22,172 nt of DNA from an uncultured virus (IMG/VR IMGVR_UViG_3300008952_000024) (IMGVR_UViG_3300008952_000024); one strand, 5' to 3'. Shown: positions 1 through 8,986, numbered from the stretch's first letter. Translations and numbers: made by a program. The notes: generated by a model not told the origin, from the letters alone.

Positions 1-130
1 GGTCTAAAATCTGGGTCCGCTCTTGGTAATCAAGTTTAGACAATATCCCATCCATCGTTGGTGTTTGGGTCAACTTCATTGTCTCAATCACCGCCAGCAA
101 ATCTCCTGTCCTCTCACCATCACCGCTCAT
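1..130 (-). CDS. Hypothetical protein, N-terminal part only (runs off the left edge)
   Basis: Not in the ORF track. GGGAGG-CGTG-ATG at 130 opens a stop-free frame to position 1 (MSGDGERTGDLLAVIETMKLTQTPTMDGILSKLDYQERTQILD...) and overlaps the stop of the upstream gene. Confidence 0.7.
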   Translation of the reverse strand, partial: MSGDGERTGDLLAVIETMKLTQTPTMDGILSKLDYQERTQILD

Positions 131-758
131 CACGCCTCCCCCATAAATGACCTTGCATTGTTGCATTTTTCATCCGCTCCGCTGGCCTTTTATCCATATG
201 GAAAAACCTTGAAACGCCAGAACCATCAAAACTATGCGCTCCCGCATCCTGACACTGCCGGATTCGCTTATTAGAATTTACCCTGCCCACATGGTAGTAG
301 CAGTCCCTATCACGAGACATTTCACCCCACATACGCATTGAACTAATCTTAAATTCTGTTGTACCGCCCAAGAATATACCAATCCTGCTACAAAGATACG
401 GCTCTACATCATATGGGTTCATATTATCCTGAACAGCAATTAGAAGTAATTTGATATGGGTTAGTTTATCTAACCACTTGAGACTAAAATCTAGTGACCT
501 AGAACCCTCACCAACCACATCTGGAAGCACGACCCAATCCGCATCATCACCCATGCGGTCTATGCCATGTTGATATGCTGCTTCATCAAATGGTATCCCC
601 TGCTTGTAGCAGGTCCATGCACCACTATCCATCGCATATGGCGTATCCGGCTTCGATAGTTTCGATGATCTATGTGCCGGAACCAACATACGCCAACCCA
701 TATCGACAACTGGCTTACGCCGCTTCGCTGAACCTATATAGGAGGTATACCCTATCAT
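120..758 (-). CDS. tRNA-guanine transglycosylase (TGT)/DpdA-like TIM-barrel protein, putative DNA base-exchange enzyme
   Basis: 212 aa with ordered motifs YAMDSGAW, VLPDVVG, IAVQD, IFLGG, YHVGRVN and SFDGSG. These parallel the TGT-superfamily DSGG, D, VQG, IGG, H-x-x-G and D-x-x-D/DS motifs. No C-terminal Zn site is seen. The ATG overlaps the upstream stop (ATGA). Confidence 0.7.
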   Translation of the reverse strand: MIGYTSYIGSAKRRKPVVDMGWRMLVPAHRSSKLSKPDTPYAMDSGAWTCYKQGIPFDEAAYQHGIDRMGDDADWVVLPDVVGEGSRSLDFSLKWLDKLTHIKLLLIAVQDNMNPYDVEPYLCSRIGIFLGGTTEFKISSMRMWGEMSRDRDCYYHVGRVNSNKRIRQCQDAGAHSFDGSGVSRFFHMDKRPAERMKNATMQGHLWGRRDER

Positions 759-1621
759 GAAGCACTTTTTGAATACTGTACCGCTTTATTAACAACGCCC
801 CATGATAGCTCGCACGGATCTGCACTAATGCCGACATTATTCGAATATTCTTGCCCCATCGCCAAGATCATATGCTCCCACGTTGGCTTACCGCCAAGGT
901 TCTTTACCTTGCTTTGAAAGGTATCAATCATGCTTGCTAGTAGCCCATTAGCTGAAATATCAAATCTTGAAATAATCCCAGACTCTTCGATCGTCGTCTC
1001 GATCCCAAAGTCATCAATACATACTATTGGAGGACAATTTCTATCCGAATCGTCAGTATACGCTAATCTTCCAAAGACCCATGCATCATTCTCATCCATA
1101 CCACTAACAATAGTCCACGGTTCCCCTTCCGCTTGTTGATCATCCTTCGGTGCAGGAAAAGTGAGCAACTGTTGTTGTTTCGTAAAGCCTAACGTTACTT
1201 TAGAACCAAGAGCCTCACAAAGCACGCCAGCACTATCAATATTTACTTCAAATAACCTAATCCTAAATACTACAGAAGCCGCACCGGGCACCGCATTATA
1301 GACAACGGTTCTTACACAAGCCCTGCCATCAAACAATTGCATCAATGCGTCCGACTGTTTTAATGAAACAAACAAATCCTCTGCGGAAGGGTTTACTCTT
1401 ACCGATGTTTTAAGTTGTTCATCCCCATCTTCGGTACGCAGATACATTGCCAATGCGCCGGGAATAAGTTTATCTACAACCTTTGCATCCAAATCTGACG
1501 CAAGCATAAATGCTAAATCCAGATCAAACAACAACTCGTTATCTGCTGTCCCATCCCGCCTAATCCCTATTTTGTTAATGAATCCCGCTGCCTCATTGGT
1601 GGCTTTCGTTAAATCAAGCAT
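755..1621 (-). CDS. Hypothetical protein (~288 aa, acidic)
   Basis: Long ORF with AGGAGG-CGTG-ATG (ATG at 1621; the track's GTG at 1624 is too close to the SD). No family recognised. Confidence 0.8.
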   Translation of the reverse strand: MLDLTKATNEAAGFINKIGIRRDGTADNELLFDLDLAFMLASDLDAKVVDKLIPGALAMYLRTEDGDEQLKTSVRVNPSAEDLFVSLKQSDALMQLFDGRACVRTVVYNAVPGAASVVFRIRLFEVNIDSAGVLCEALGSKVTLGFTKQQQLLTFPAPKDDQQAEGEPWTIVSGMDENDAWVFGRLAYTDDSDRNCPPIVCIDDFGIETTIEESGIISRFDISANGLLASMIDTFQSKVKNLGGKPTWEHMILAMGQEYSNNVGISADPCELSWGVVNKAVQYSKSAS

Positions 1622-1666
1622 CACGCCTCCTAGTCTACTTATCTAAAAACCTTAAAAGTAACAGCC

Positions 1667-3655
1667 CTACCCCGGCACAATCGGTCGTAACCCCGCCTGT
1701 CCGCTTGGGGTTTCGTCCCAAGTGTCTGCAAATATACAAGCAAGGGGATCGAATGGCATAATAACATGGGCACCGGGCGACCCAAATTCACTTCTAACCT
1801 TGTCAACATAAACCTTTGCCGCAGGGAACCCCCTTTCCGCCCTTGGTGCTTGCCTTTCCACAACTAGTCCAACATGGGCATCTTGTTCAATAGCACTCGC
1901 ACCCTTTAAGTCTGATATTTTAACCCTTCGTTGTTGGCTTGCAAACGTTCTATTGGGGTGGCAAACCAATATAATAGTTACTCCATCATTCACAGCAATT
2001 AGGGCCAGATCTCTCACCACCTCTTCGATTACTTGACGCTCATTATCGCCAGCTCCCCGCGTTAAAAATCCAAGGTGGTCAATTAGTGCAACCTTCACAT
2101 TATGTCGCCGCACCGAGTACCTAATGGCATCAACAACCTGCTCTCTCGTGGTTTCGCCGTAATGGTCCATTATGTAAATTGGCAATTGTCCCAGTTCGTA
2201 CAGTGCTTCACGCCTATCATCTGGCGTAGCCTTCATAAAGTCACCACCCATTTGGGCACGCAGTAATTTCTGCACTGTACCTATTGGCCTTTGCTCAAAA
2301 GATGTAAGCATCACCGGAATGTGTAACATTGACTGTTCTCGACATACCCATGTGGCCCAAGTTGTCTTACCGTGACCAGTCTCACCCGTCACAACCCACA
2401 AGCCGGGTCGCATACCACCAATCACGCGGTCTAACTTTTCTGACCCAAGTGTCCTGCCAATCAGATCTTCTGGTGAATTAATAAGTCGTTCAATATCCTC
2501 TTGGTATTCATCTACCTTGCGTAACGATACTCCACATAATGATGTTGCTAAATCCAGGCATCGAATCACCTCTTCTATGTCCACGCCTTCCGACAAACAT
2601 TCGCCGGGATCATTAAAGGGGAGATTCGCTAAAGCACACCTGTATGTCCCAAGTTTGCCCGCCAACTTCAATGCACCCGACCGTCCCGCATCATCATCGT
2701 CATACACTATAGTAAAATGCTTATATGGCTCTAACTTATCTAACCAATCATCTGGCCAATTAGCAGCCGCCCCCGAAGTGCCGCTTACAACATTTTTATC
2801 AAAGCCGTAATGGTGCATCGCGATAACATCAAGCTCTCCCTCTGTAACAATAATGTCCGACTTGTGATTGGCTGACAACAGGTGAGCACCATACAGGGGG
2901 AGAGGGCGGCCCGCACACACCCGGTACGCCTTCTTGACGGTCCCTGACCCCCCGCATCGGCTACAGCCCTCTCTGGCCCCATTACAGGCGCATACGGTGG
3001 GTGTTCTACGGAACCTCACATTAACAATTCGGCCAATATCATCACGCAGCGGTATCGATACCCATTGTTCTACAACGTCACCACTGCTGTTCCTGATCAG
3101 GAGCGCGCCCAAACCAAACTCTCGAATCACCTGCTCGTCAAATCGTCTAACATTTACCAAATAGTCTAATGTTGCCTTTCCTTCCGGTAAAAACAAGTTC
3201 TCCATACATACATTTGGAAGATCGTCTGTCCATCGAAACGGACCAGTATCTGGCTTTGCCTTCTTTATAGGTTCTGGCTTCTTTTTAGAAATTACTTGTG
3301 AGACACCAAGCACGGATGGCCGCGTTGATCCATTAACAGGGCTACATAGCCCCATTCTATATGCATGGTCGCGCACTCCGCTCTTTTCTTGCTTGGAAGT
3401 CTCTTTTATCTTTTTCCCACATACTTTTAGGGAAACAAGATCTGCTAGGTCGCCACTAATATTACACTTCCAACAACGCCAGCCCTTGCCATTACTCGAC
3501 AGCCCAACCGGACCACGCCTGTCCGCGTCACTACGCTCTGACGCACCACAAGCCAAGCAAGGACCATACGAACGCATACGCTTTGATTCCATACCCAACT
3601 GCTTTGCAGAATCGGCTACTTTATGTTCCCCTATTTCTGATAACCAAGAACTCAT
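1667..3655 (-). CDS. Primase-helicase (T7 gp4/Twinkle-like: Zn-binding domain + TOPRIM + DnaB/SF4 helicase)
   Basis: N-terminal CLAC...CWKC; TOPRIM VTEGELD and YDDDDAG; helicase Walker A GETGHGKT, SFEQ, LIDHL, LVCHP and DLKGASAIEQDAH. Confidence 0.95.
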   Translation of the reverse strand: MSSWLSEIGEHKVADSAKQLGMESKRMRSYGPCLACGASERSDADRRGPVGLSSNGKGWRCWKCNISGDLADLVSLKVCGKKIKETSKQEKSGVRDHAYRMGLCSPVNGSTRPSVLGVSQVISKKKPEPIKKAKPDTGPFRWTDDLPNVCMENLFLPEGKATLDYLVNVRRFDEQVIREFGLGALLIRNSSGDVVEQWVSIPLRDDIGRIVNVRFRRTPTVCACNGAREGCSRCGGSGTVKKAYRVCAGRPLPLYGAHLLSANHKSDIIVTEGELDVIAMHHYGFDKNVVSGTSGAAANWPDDWLDKLEPYKHFTIVYDDDDAGRSGALKLAGKLGTYRCALANLPFNDPGECLSEGVDIEEVIRCLDLATSLCGVSLRKVDEYQEDIERLINSPEDLIGRTLGSEKLDRVIGGMRPGLWVVTGETGHGKTTWATWVCREQSMLHIPVMLTSFEQRPIGTVQKLLRAQMGGDFMKATPDDRREALYELGQLPIYIMDHYGETTREQVVDAIRYSVRRHNVKVALIDHLGFLTRGAGDNERQVIEEVVRDLALIAVNDGVTIILVCHPNRTFASQQRRVKISDLKGASAIEQDAHVGLVVERQAPRAERGFPAAKVYVDKVRSEFGSPGAHVIMPFDPLACIFADTWDETPSGQAGLRPIVPG

Positions 3656-4008
3656 TGATTACCCCTGATAAGCCGGAACGGACCATAGTTATCCTTCTCG
3701 CCTTCCTCAAGGTCTAACAGCCAATTATGTGCAGCCTCTACCCGACTCGCCAACTTGCCAATCCGAAACAAATTGGTCAGGTCTAGATACAATCGCCGCT
3801 GATCATTTGCTCCCCGCCAATACTTCGGACCCGCATCTGTACTTTCAAACGCATACTTAATTAATACAATAAGATCTTCTTCTGTATATCCATCCTTTAT
3901 CCTGCTTAAAATTAAGGACTTACGATCTTTCGTTAATCTACATAAATGTGGTCGTTTTTGTCTGCTCTTCCATTCATTAAAGACTCGCTCTATTTTCTGT
4001 CCGTCCAT
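3652..4008 (-). CDS. Small protein resembling the C-terminal domain of phage replication-initiator proteins
   Basis: 118 aa. The pattern RKSLILSRIKDGYTEEDL...YWRGAND...YLDLTNLFR resembles the 'I.ARL.EGY..ED...W...YL.P.TLF' pattern of phage initiator C-terminal domains (recalled, not searched). Coupled to the primase by ATGA; SD GAAGGA. Confidence 0.55.
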   Translation of the reverse strand: MDGQKIERVFNEWKSRQKRPHLCRLTKDRKSLILSRIKDGYTEEDLIVLIKYAFESTDAGPKYWRGANDQRRLYLDLTNLFRIGKLASRVEAAHNWLLDLEEGEKDNYGPFRLIRGNQ

Positions 4009-4561
4009 CTATTCCTTCCTTCATAACTCTAGACCATTCTGCAATTCCCGCCGCGTCTGTAATATGATCTGGACTGCCAAGTAATTTAGCCAGCTCTGCT
4101 AATCCCCTTACACGCTTTGGTATCATCAATAACGATGCGTTCTTTACATCATTACGTTTCGTATTTCGCTTCAATCCAAGTACCACCTGCCTCCAGTCAG
4201 CAGCAGCAACCCATTCAGCATTAATGTGTAATTTTTGCTCTAATGGCGAGACAACACATCCCGCACCTTTCGCCAATTCTATCGTTGTCCGAGCGTTTCT
4301 GCCTAAATAAAAATCCTCACATGCAAGCGAGGACTCGGAGATCCCCAATAGGGTTGTTAAGCCACAAAGCTGAAACCCAATTTCGGAAAATCTAGATACA
4401 ATTGTGGTTGTTGGCTTACCGCCACGATATATCATTATTAACTTTCTAACTCGTTTTTTACTACGAGTAACTGGCTTCCAGTATGCGGCGGCAACAGCCA
4501 TTTGGTTATTTAGGATAACTGCCGCGCCTTCTGAACCGGGATCTATACCAATATGATACAT
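3977..4561 (-). CDS. RuvC-like Holliday junction resolvase
   Basis: N-terminal IGIDPG, acidic CEDFY, W-R and C-terminal HITDAAGIA match RuvC catalytic D/E/D spacing. AGGAGG precedes the ATG at 4561, which is preferred over the track's GTG at 4582. Confidence 0.85.
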   Translation of the reverse strand: MYHIGIDPGSEGAAVILNNQMAVAAAYWKPVTRSKKRVRKLIMIYRGGKPTTTIVSRFSEIGFQLCGLTTLLGISESSLACEDFYLGRNARTTIELAKGAGCVVSPLEQKLHINAEWVAAADWRQVVLGLKRNTKRNDVKNASLLMIPKRVRGLAELAKLLGSPDHITDAAGIAEWSRVMKEGIDGRTENRASL

Positions 4562-4588
4562 CGTGCCCCTCCTACGGAACACAGTATC

Positions 4589-4638
4589 AAGAAATCAATT
4601 AGTTCGGGAGCCGCAATATTCTTTAGCTCCCGAACTAA
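4589..4638 (-). terminator. Probable intrinsic terminator after the SSB gene
   Basis: Perfect 13-bp inverted repeat (TTAGTTCGGGAGC 4599-4611 / GCTCCCGAACTAA 4626-4638, 14-nt loop), followed on the minus strand by TTGATTTCTT. Confidence 0.65.
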
Positions 4639-4644
4639 CTGGAG

Positions 4645-5223
4645 CTAGAATGGTATATCCTCATAGTCGCTGGACTTACTCACCGATTTGGTTGGTGCAG
4701 CCTGACCCGGTCGTGGATTCTTACTACGCCAGCTCAAGTAGCCCTCCCAATGCGACTCTGCCTTCTCGACAAGCCCCTTTTGATCGGCATTTAGTTTTTT
4801 AGACCCACTCTCGCCATAGTTAGATGGGTCATACCGATTTACACGTCTATTCGTGTACTCCCCATTCTTTTCTAGCTTCACCGATACCGTCACGGCACCG
4901 GCCATCATCACCTGTTCCAGTTCATCTTGGATTTCTGGATCAAACGGTTCACGCCAACCAGTGGCCAATGCGTAACGTGCAATCCGCCAAACCGCTTTTT
5001 CATTCAAGAAAAATGTATCAGTAAGGATATTCCCTGCGTCCCCATTTCCCTCGAGATCTTCAATACAAACAAAGCGAATCGATACAACTGGTTTGGAGTT
5101 GATCACGAAATACTCGTGCCCCACCGCCAGAACGACTTTTCGCCCCGGCCCCACCTGTTCAATACGATCTGATTGTGTTGTTTGAGTTGTTTCTTCAAAC
5201 TCATCTAACTCAATACGAGCCAT
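4645..5223 (-). CDS. ssb: Single-stranded DNA-binding protein (DUF669-like)
   Basis: 192 aa, beta-rich N-terminal part, flexible tail ending DYEDIPF (bacterial SSB tip DDDIPF-like). Lies directly downstream of the Sak4-like ATPase. Confidence 0.85.
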   Translation of the reverse strand: MARIELDEFEETTQTTQSDRIEQVGPGRKVVLAVGHEYFVINSKPVVSIRFVCIEDLEGNGDAGNILTDTFFLNEKAVWRIARYALATGWREPFDPEIQDELEQVMMAGAVTVSVKLEKNGEYTNRRVNRYDPSNYGESGSKKLNADQKGLVEKAESHWEGYLSWRSKNPRPGQAAPTKSVSKSSDYEDIPF

Positions 5224-5993
5224 TACCTTCCTCCCGTAGCTTTTTTGCTACTCTTTGATTGTTTGCCATTTACGGATGACTCCGAAAGTTGAGATTTCTT
5301 CCAGACCGCAACCCAGTCTGAAATATTCGCATCTAAAATACCATTGATAGGTGAACAAGGCTTAACCATGTACCGGCTTGGACCCTCGACCATCACCTTT
5401 CTGACAACGATTTTATTATCATCATCTTCTACTTCCCTCTTAAACAAAAGACCGACAACATTAAAGTTCGCAGCCATCATGCTCGGCAACTTCTTGCTCT
5501 GAACCAAAGGAAACACGCGCATTTCACCCGTTGTGTCGTTTAATTCATGGTTTACAAGGCTAGTAGCCACAACATGGTATGGCAAATCCCGTAAACATCG
5601 TAAGAATCGACGCATACGATCACCTAGAACCCCCCAGTCAGGCAATGACATCTTTCTGTCACCACCACCCTTGTTAGCAAGAATGTCATCAATCATTATC
5701 TGCTGCACCTCTGTAATGCCGTCAATAACAATCGTCTCCACATGATCAGGCAACTCGCCGTTCATTGCAGAGAGCAGAAAGTCCCTACACTCATTCGCCG
5801 TTGTACAGTACGCAACTAACGCATCTGGGTTAGACTGTTTTACTGACTGCATCCCATTACGCTCTGTTAGCATAATGACAGGATTTGGAGCCGTAACAGA
5901 ACAAAACGTCTTTCCCGCTCCACTCTCGCCCATAATAAGCAGCTTCAAGTGTGCCTCTAACTCTTCCGAGCCGGCCTTTATTAAATTTACCAT
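5223..5993 (-). CDS. Sak4-like (AAA_24) ATPase / single-strand annealing recombinase
   Basis: KLLIMGESGAGKT Walker A, TE-x-G, ETIVIDGITE Walker B and DWG motif. Sits between a nuclease and SSB, the usual Sak4 context. Confidence 0.85.
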   Translation of the reverse strand: MVNLIKAGSEELEAHLKLLIMGESGAGKTFCSVTAPNPVIMLTERNGMQSVKQSNPDALVAYCTTANECRDFLLSAMNGELPDHVETIVIDGITEVQQIMIDDILANKGGGDRKMSLPDWGVLGDRMRRFLRCLRDLPYHVVATSLVNHELNDTTGEMRVFPLVQSKKLPSMMAANFNVVGLLFKREVEDDDNKIVVRKVMVEGPSRYMVKPCSPINGILDANISDWVAVWKKSQLSESSVNGKQSKSSKKATGGR

Positions 5994-7303
5994 CCGAGTT
6001 TACTCCTAGATTCTTCTTTCTCGTTTCTTCCTATGACCCGCCCATCAATTTCGACGGGAAGATCGCTATCATCAACATCATCCAACCAACGAACACCATC
6101 ACCAATTGCATAGGAGTCACGAATCTCCTTACTGTCTTGGAAACATGGTGCCTTAAACTTACAACTGCCACCGGGTAGCCTACAGATAGGGACTCGCGGA
6201 TGTGTCGTATAAATTGAACTGGATTCTTTCAACTTTGCCGCTTCACGCTTTAGCTTCGCTAACTTTGAGGCAACACCGTAGATCTCTTCCATGTACTGCT
6301 TGTAAATATCACTCTGCAACGTAAGCCACTCTGTAAGATAAAGACCTTCATCTACATAAGCCTCGCGAGAAGCAATGTACTCTGCATAATCATCTGGGTC
6401 TACACCATGCATACGACAGTAATTCTTAAACCTCCAACTTGGAACGCGAGCATTATGAGCTACGGATAGCTTTCCGCTCTTTAATACCTTTGGATCTCGC
6501 TGTGGCTGTGACGATGCCACCTCGTACATAAATCCAGATACCTTTTGATCTGGACTTATCCCCTCAATATTTCCCTCCCTGATATTATGGGCAAGAAGCC
6601 AACAATAACCGGGAAGCTGCGGGTCATATAGCGCGTTCTTTAAGTATCCCTCTGGAGCAGATGAAAACTTATGATCGACAGCCCATACCGTACCACTTTT
6701 TCTATGAGCAATTACCGCATCCAATCTACCAACTTGGTAATATGGCCATCGTACCGATACCACGTCGTCACTATACGCCTCACCAGCACGGGCCTCACGC
6801 AAACCATCACCCGTCTTAATCAAGTAACCCTGTGGCCTAAACTGCCTACCTGTAGTCGGGTTCACCACGGGTGCTGCCAAAGGAGTCTCAACCCCGATAA
6901 CCCTAAAGAACTTATATGGGTCCAATCCCCGCTTAACCACCCAACCCTCAACCGCACGCTTCAAAATATCGACTTCCTTTTCCCAATCACTCTCATCAAG
7001 AAGTCCATCGAACACTGAAATAGCTGTGGCAGCAGAAAACCTTTCCACCTCATCAAACAATAGGGATTCAGGTACAGACGAGTCATTCTCCATCCAATAC
7101 CTGTATGCAGCCTCCATCACACTGTGCCAAGCAGTTCCAAGCCGAAGCACCGACGCTGTAGTTAAAGGTTTCAGATTTTCACTGTAACCAAAAAAATGTC
7201 TTCGTGGACAAGCCGCACTTTGACGCTCTGAATTAGTAAAAATGAACGACTTATCAGGTAATCCGATAATCCGCTCTTCATATCGCGGTATCACAATTCT
7301 CAT
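5987..7303 (-). CDS. PD-(D/E)XK exonuclease, Cas4/AddB-like, with probable Fe-S cluster
   Basis: CPRR at the N-terminus, GTAWH, VE, GRLDA, VDHK, QLPGY and three C-terminal Cys (CRLPGGSCKFKAPC). SD AGAGGA. Confidence 0.85.
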   Translation of the reverse strand: MRIVIPRYEERIIGLPDKSFIFTNSERQSAACPRRHFFGYSENLKPLTTASVLRLGTAWHSVMEAAYRYWMENDSSVPESLLFDEVERFSAATAISVFDGLLDESDWEKEVDILKRAVEGWVVKRGLDPYKFFRVIGVETPLAAPVVNPTTGRQFRPQGYLIKTGDGLREARAGEAYSDDVVSVRWPYYQVGRLDAVIAHRKSGTVWAVDHKFSSAPEGYLKNALYDPQLPGYCWLLAHNIREGNIEGISPDQKVSGFMYEVASSQPQRDPKVLKSGKLSVAHNARVPSWRFKNYCRMHGVDPDDYAEYIASREAYVDEGLYLTEWLTLQSDIYKQYMEEIYGVASKLAKLKREAAKLKESSSIYTTHPRVPICRLPGGSCKFKAPCFQDSKEIRDSYAIGDGVRWLDDVDDSDLPVEIDGRVIGRNEKEESRSKLGW

Positions 7304-7328
7304 TTTCTTCCTCTGGATTGATATTCAC

Positions 7329-7339
7329 CATATATATCA
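7329..7339 (-). promoter_or_regulatory. Candidate promoter element TGATATATATG upstream of the nuclease operon
   Basis: Extended -10-like TGn-TATATA, with TTACAT 17 nt upstream. A 10/11 identical copy lies at 9090-9100. Confidence 0.35.
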
Positions 7340-7368
7340 AACCAAACATGGATATGTAACCCCTACGG

Positions 7369-8976
7369 TTACAACCCGGTCATAATTTGGCCCTGCTTAT
7401 CCCTCTCCTTCTTAAACACTTCTATTGCTTTATCTGGGTCGATCGGCTCGCCGTTAAAAAAGCACTTCCCATACTCTTTTTTGTACGCTCCTGCCCTTAT
7501 CATCCACTGTCGCTCAAATTCCGATGTATCTACAAAATCAAATACAATGGGATCTCTCCCAGACTTTCTTAACGTCCTACCAACACGCTGCTTCGCAGTA
7601 CCAGTATGCCTTCCAGCCGATGTATTAATGGCACAGTCAATCGCTGGTAAGTCTAAACCCTCATCTGCTAATTGGGTCGCAATTATTACTGACGCACGCT
7701 TTTCACGGATGTCTTTGAGTAGCTTCGCCCTTGTATATTTATCATAATCAGACGTTACCCCAACTGCATCTATGTTTTCCCATCGCAGTTTCGTTACCAA
7801 ACTAGTAACCGCCGCCTTTCTTGGCACCAATACCAGAGTTGTTCTACCATCCTCTGTCGCAGCCTTAACCAACTTGCGTATAATCTCCATCCTTCCCGCA
7901 TCCAAGGACATTTCACTTACAGCCTTTGTATAATTCAGCTTCCCCATTTGCATATCTGCAACTTGCGGAATTTGCGACTTGCATGGCTTACATCTAGATC
8001 CACCATTTTGGTGCTTCGATCTTGTTGTCGGCCTCCACTTGAGGCACGCAGGGCACAGCACCGTAACAGGGTAACAATCTTCTGGGACAACCCACCCAGT
8101 CCAAACTGGCACAATAAGCGGCCTATGCAGGTAACCGTTTTTAATAAGGTAATCTGTATCTATGCTGTAGATAGTGTCACCCATAGTCAATTTGAGTAGG
8201 AATGAGAGTCCATCATTTCGACGCGGCGTTGCTGTAAGCCCCCACCTAAAACGCGCCTTAATATTATTAAGGACCAATGCCCATGTTCGCGCCGGGATAT
8301 GATGACACTCATCAGTGAGCACTGCACCCACACTAGCCAAAAACGCTTCCGCCTTCGGTCCAGCAGAATTAAGCGTCTGTATCATTGCAACCGCTGTTTC
8401 ACCTACATTAAGCGGTGATAAGTCGCTCTTCTTTGTCCCAGATATTACTCTAGGCCAATCTCTACTCATCCGATGTATTCGATGCTTCCACTGCTCTAAT
8501 ATGTCTTCCGTATGCACAATAACCAGTCCCGGTTCACCAGTCGTAAGCAATGCCGCTGCTCCCAGCTCTGTCTTACCCGCACCGCATGGCATCTGCACCA
8601 CACCCTGCACTCGTTCATGCATTGCTCGCAGCCCATCTAATTGGTATGGCCGCAAGGACACATCAAAATCATCTAGTGGTATCCCCCCCCTTGATCTGGA
8701 CACCACATCGCGAGTTAAAAACTTCGGACTAGCACCATGCTCTGTTAATGCTGTGCGGACTTTATTGATCGCTCCCCTCGGCACATACAGCCACCCCTCT
8801 CTATGCCTATAGAATCGTAAAAACTGTGGCGTACTTTTTGTGTACCTATTCTGACGCTTACGTTTTTCATACTCTGGATTCACAAAGGTAAACATATTCT
8901 CTATAGCCTTGAGTAGACGCGGCGAAAGCTCTGCAACACATAAACTTATCTCCGCACCAATGCGCACCCTAATCAT
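7369..8976 (-). CDS. Superfamily 2 DExH helicase (UvsW/XPB/RadD-like) with a Zn-ribbon insertion
   Basis: LRPYQ, MPCGAGKT, DECHH, GLTATP-R-DG, EGLDLP and QRVGRTLR; CPAC...CKPC between the two RecA domains. The start is uncertain: ATG at 8976 is preferred because the TTG at 8988 lies in the terminator U-tract. Confidence 0.92.
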   Translation of the reverse strand: MIRVRIGAEISLCVAELSPRLLKAIENMFTFVNPEYEKRKRQNRYTKSTPQFLRFYRHREGWLYVPRGAINKVRTALTEHGASPKFLTRDVVSRSRGGIPLDDFDVSLRPYQLDGLRAMHERVQGVVQMPCGAGKTELGAAALLTTGEPGLVIVHTEDILEQWKHRIHRMSRDWPRVISGTKKSDLSPLNVGETAVAMIQTLNSAGPKAEAFLASVGAVLTDECHHIPARTWALVLNNIKARFRWGLTATPRRNDGLSFLLKLTMGDTIYSIDTDYLIKNGYLHRPLIVPVWTGWVVPEDCYPVTVLCPACLKWRPTTRSKHQNGGSRCKPCKSQIPQVADMQMGKLNYTKAVSEMSLDAGRMEIIRKLVKAATEDGRTTLVLVPRKAAVTSLVTKLRWENIDAVGVTSDYDKYTRAKLLKDIREKRASVIIATQLADEGLDLPAIDCAINTSAGRHTGTAKQRVGRTLRKSGRDPIVFDFVDTSEFERQWMIRAGAYKKEYGKCFFNGEPIDPDKAIEVFKKERDKQGQIMTGL

Positions 8977-8986
8977 GACCAACACC

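Noticed and set aside
1639..2982. Short alternative-frame minus-strand ORFs (1639-1863 and 2785-2982; likewise 10837-11037 and 17256-17441)
   Set aside because: Nested in well-supported genes, with no convincing RBS or motif.
5987..7303. CRISPR-Cas system implied by the Cas4-like nuclease
   Set aside because: No repeat-spacer array and no cas1/cas2. Solo Cas4-like nucleases next to Sak4/SSB are ordinary phage recombination exonucleases.
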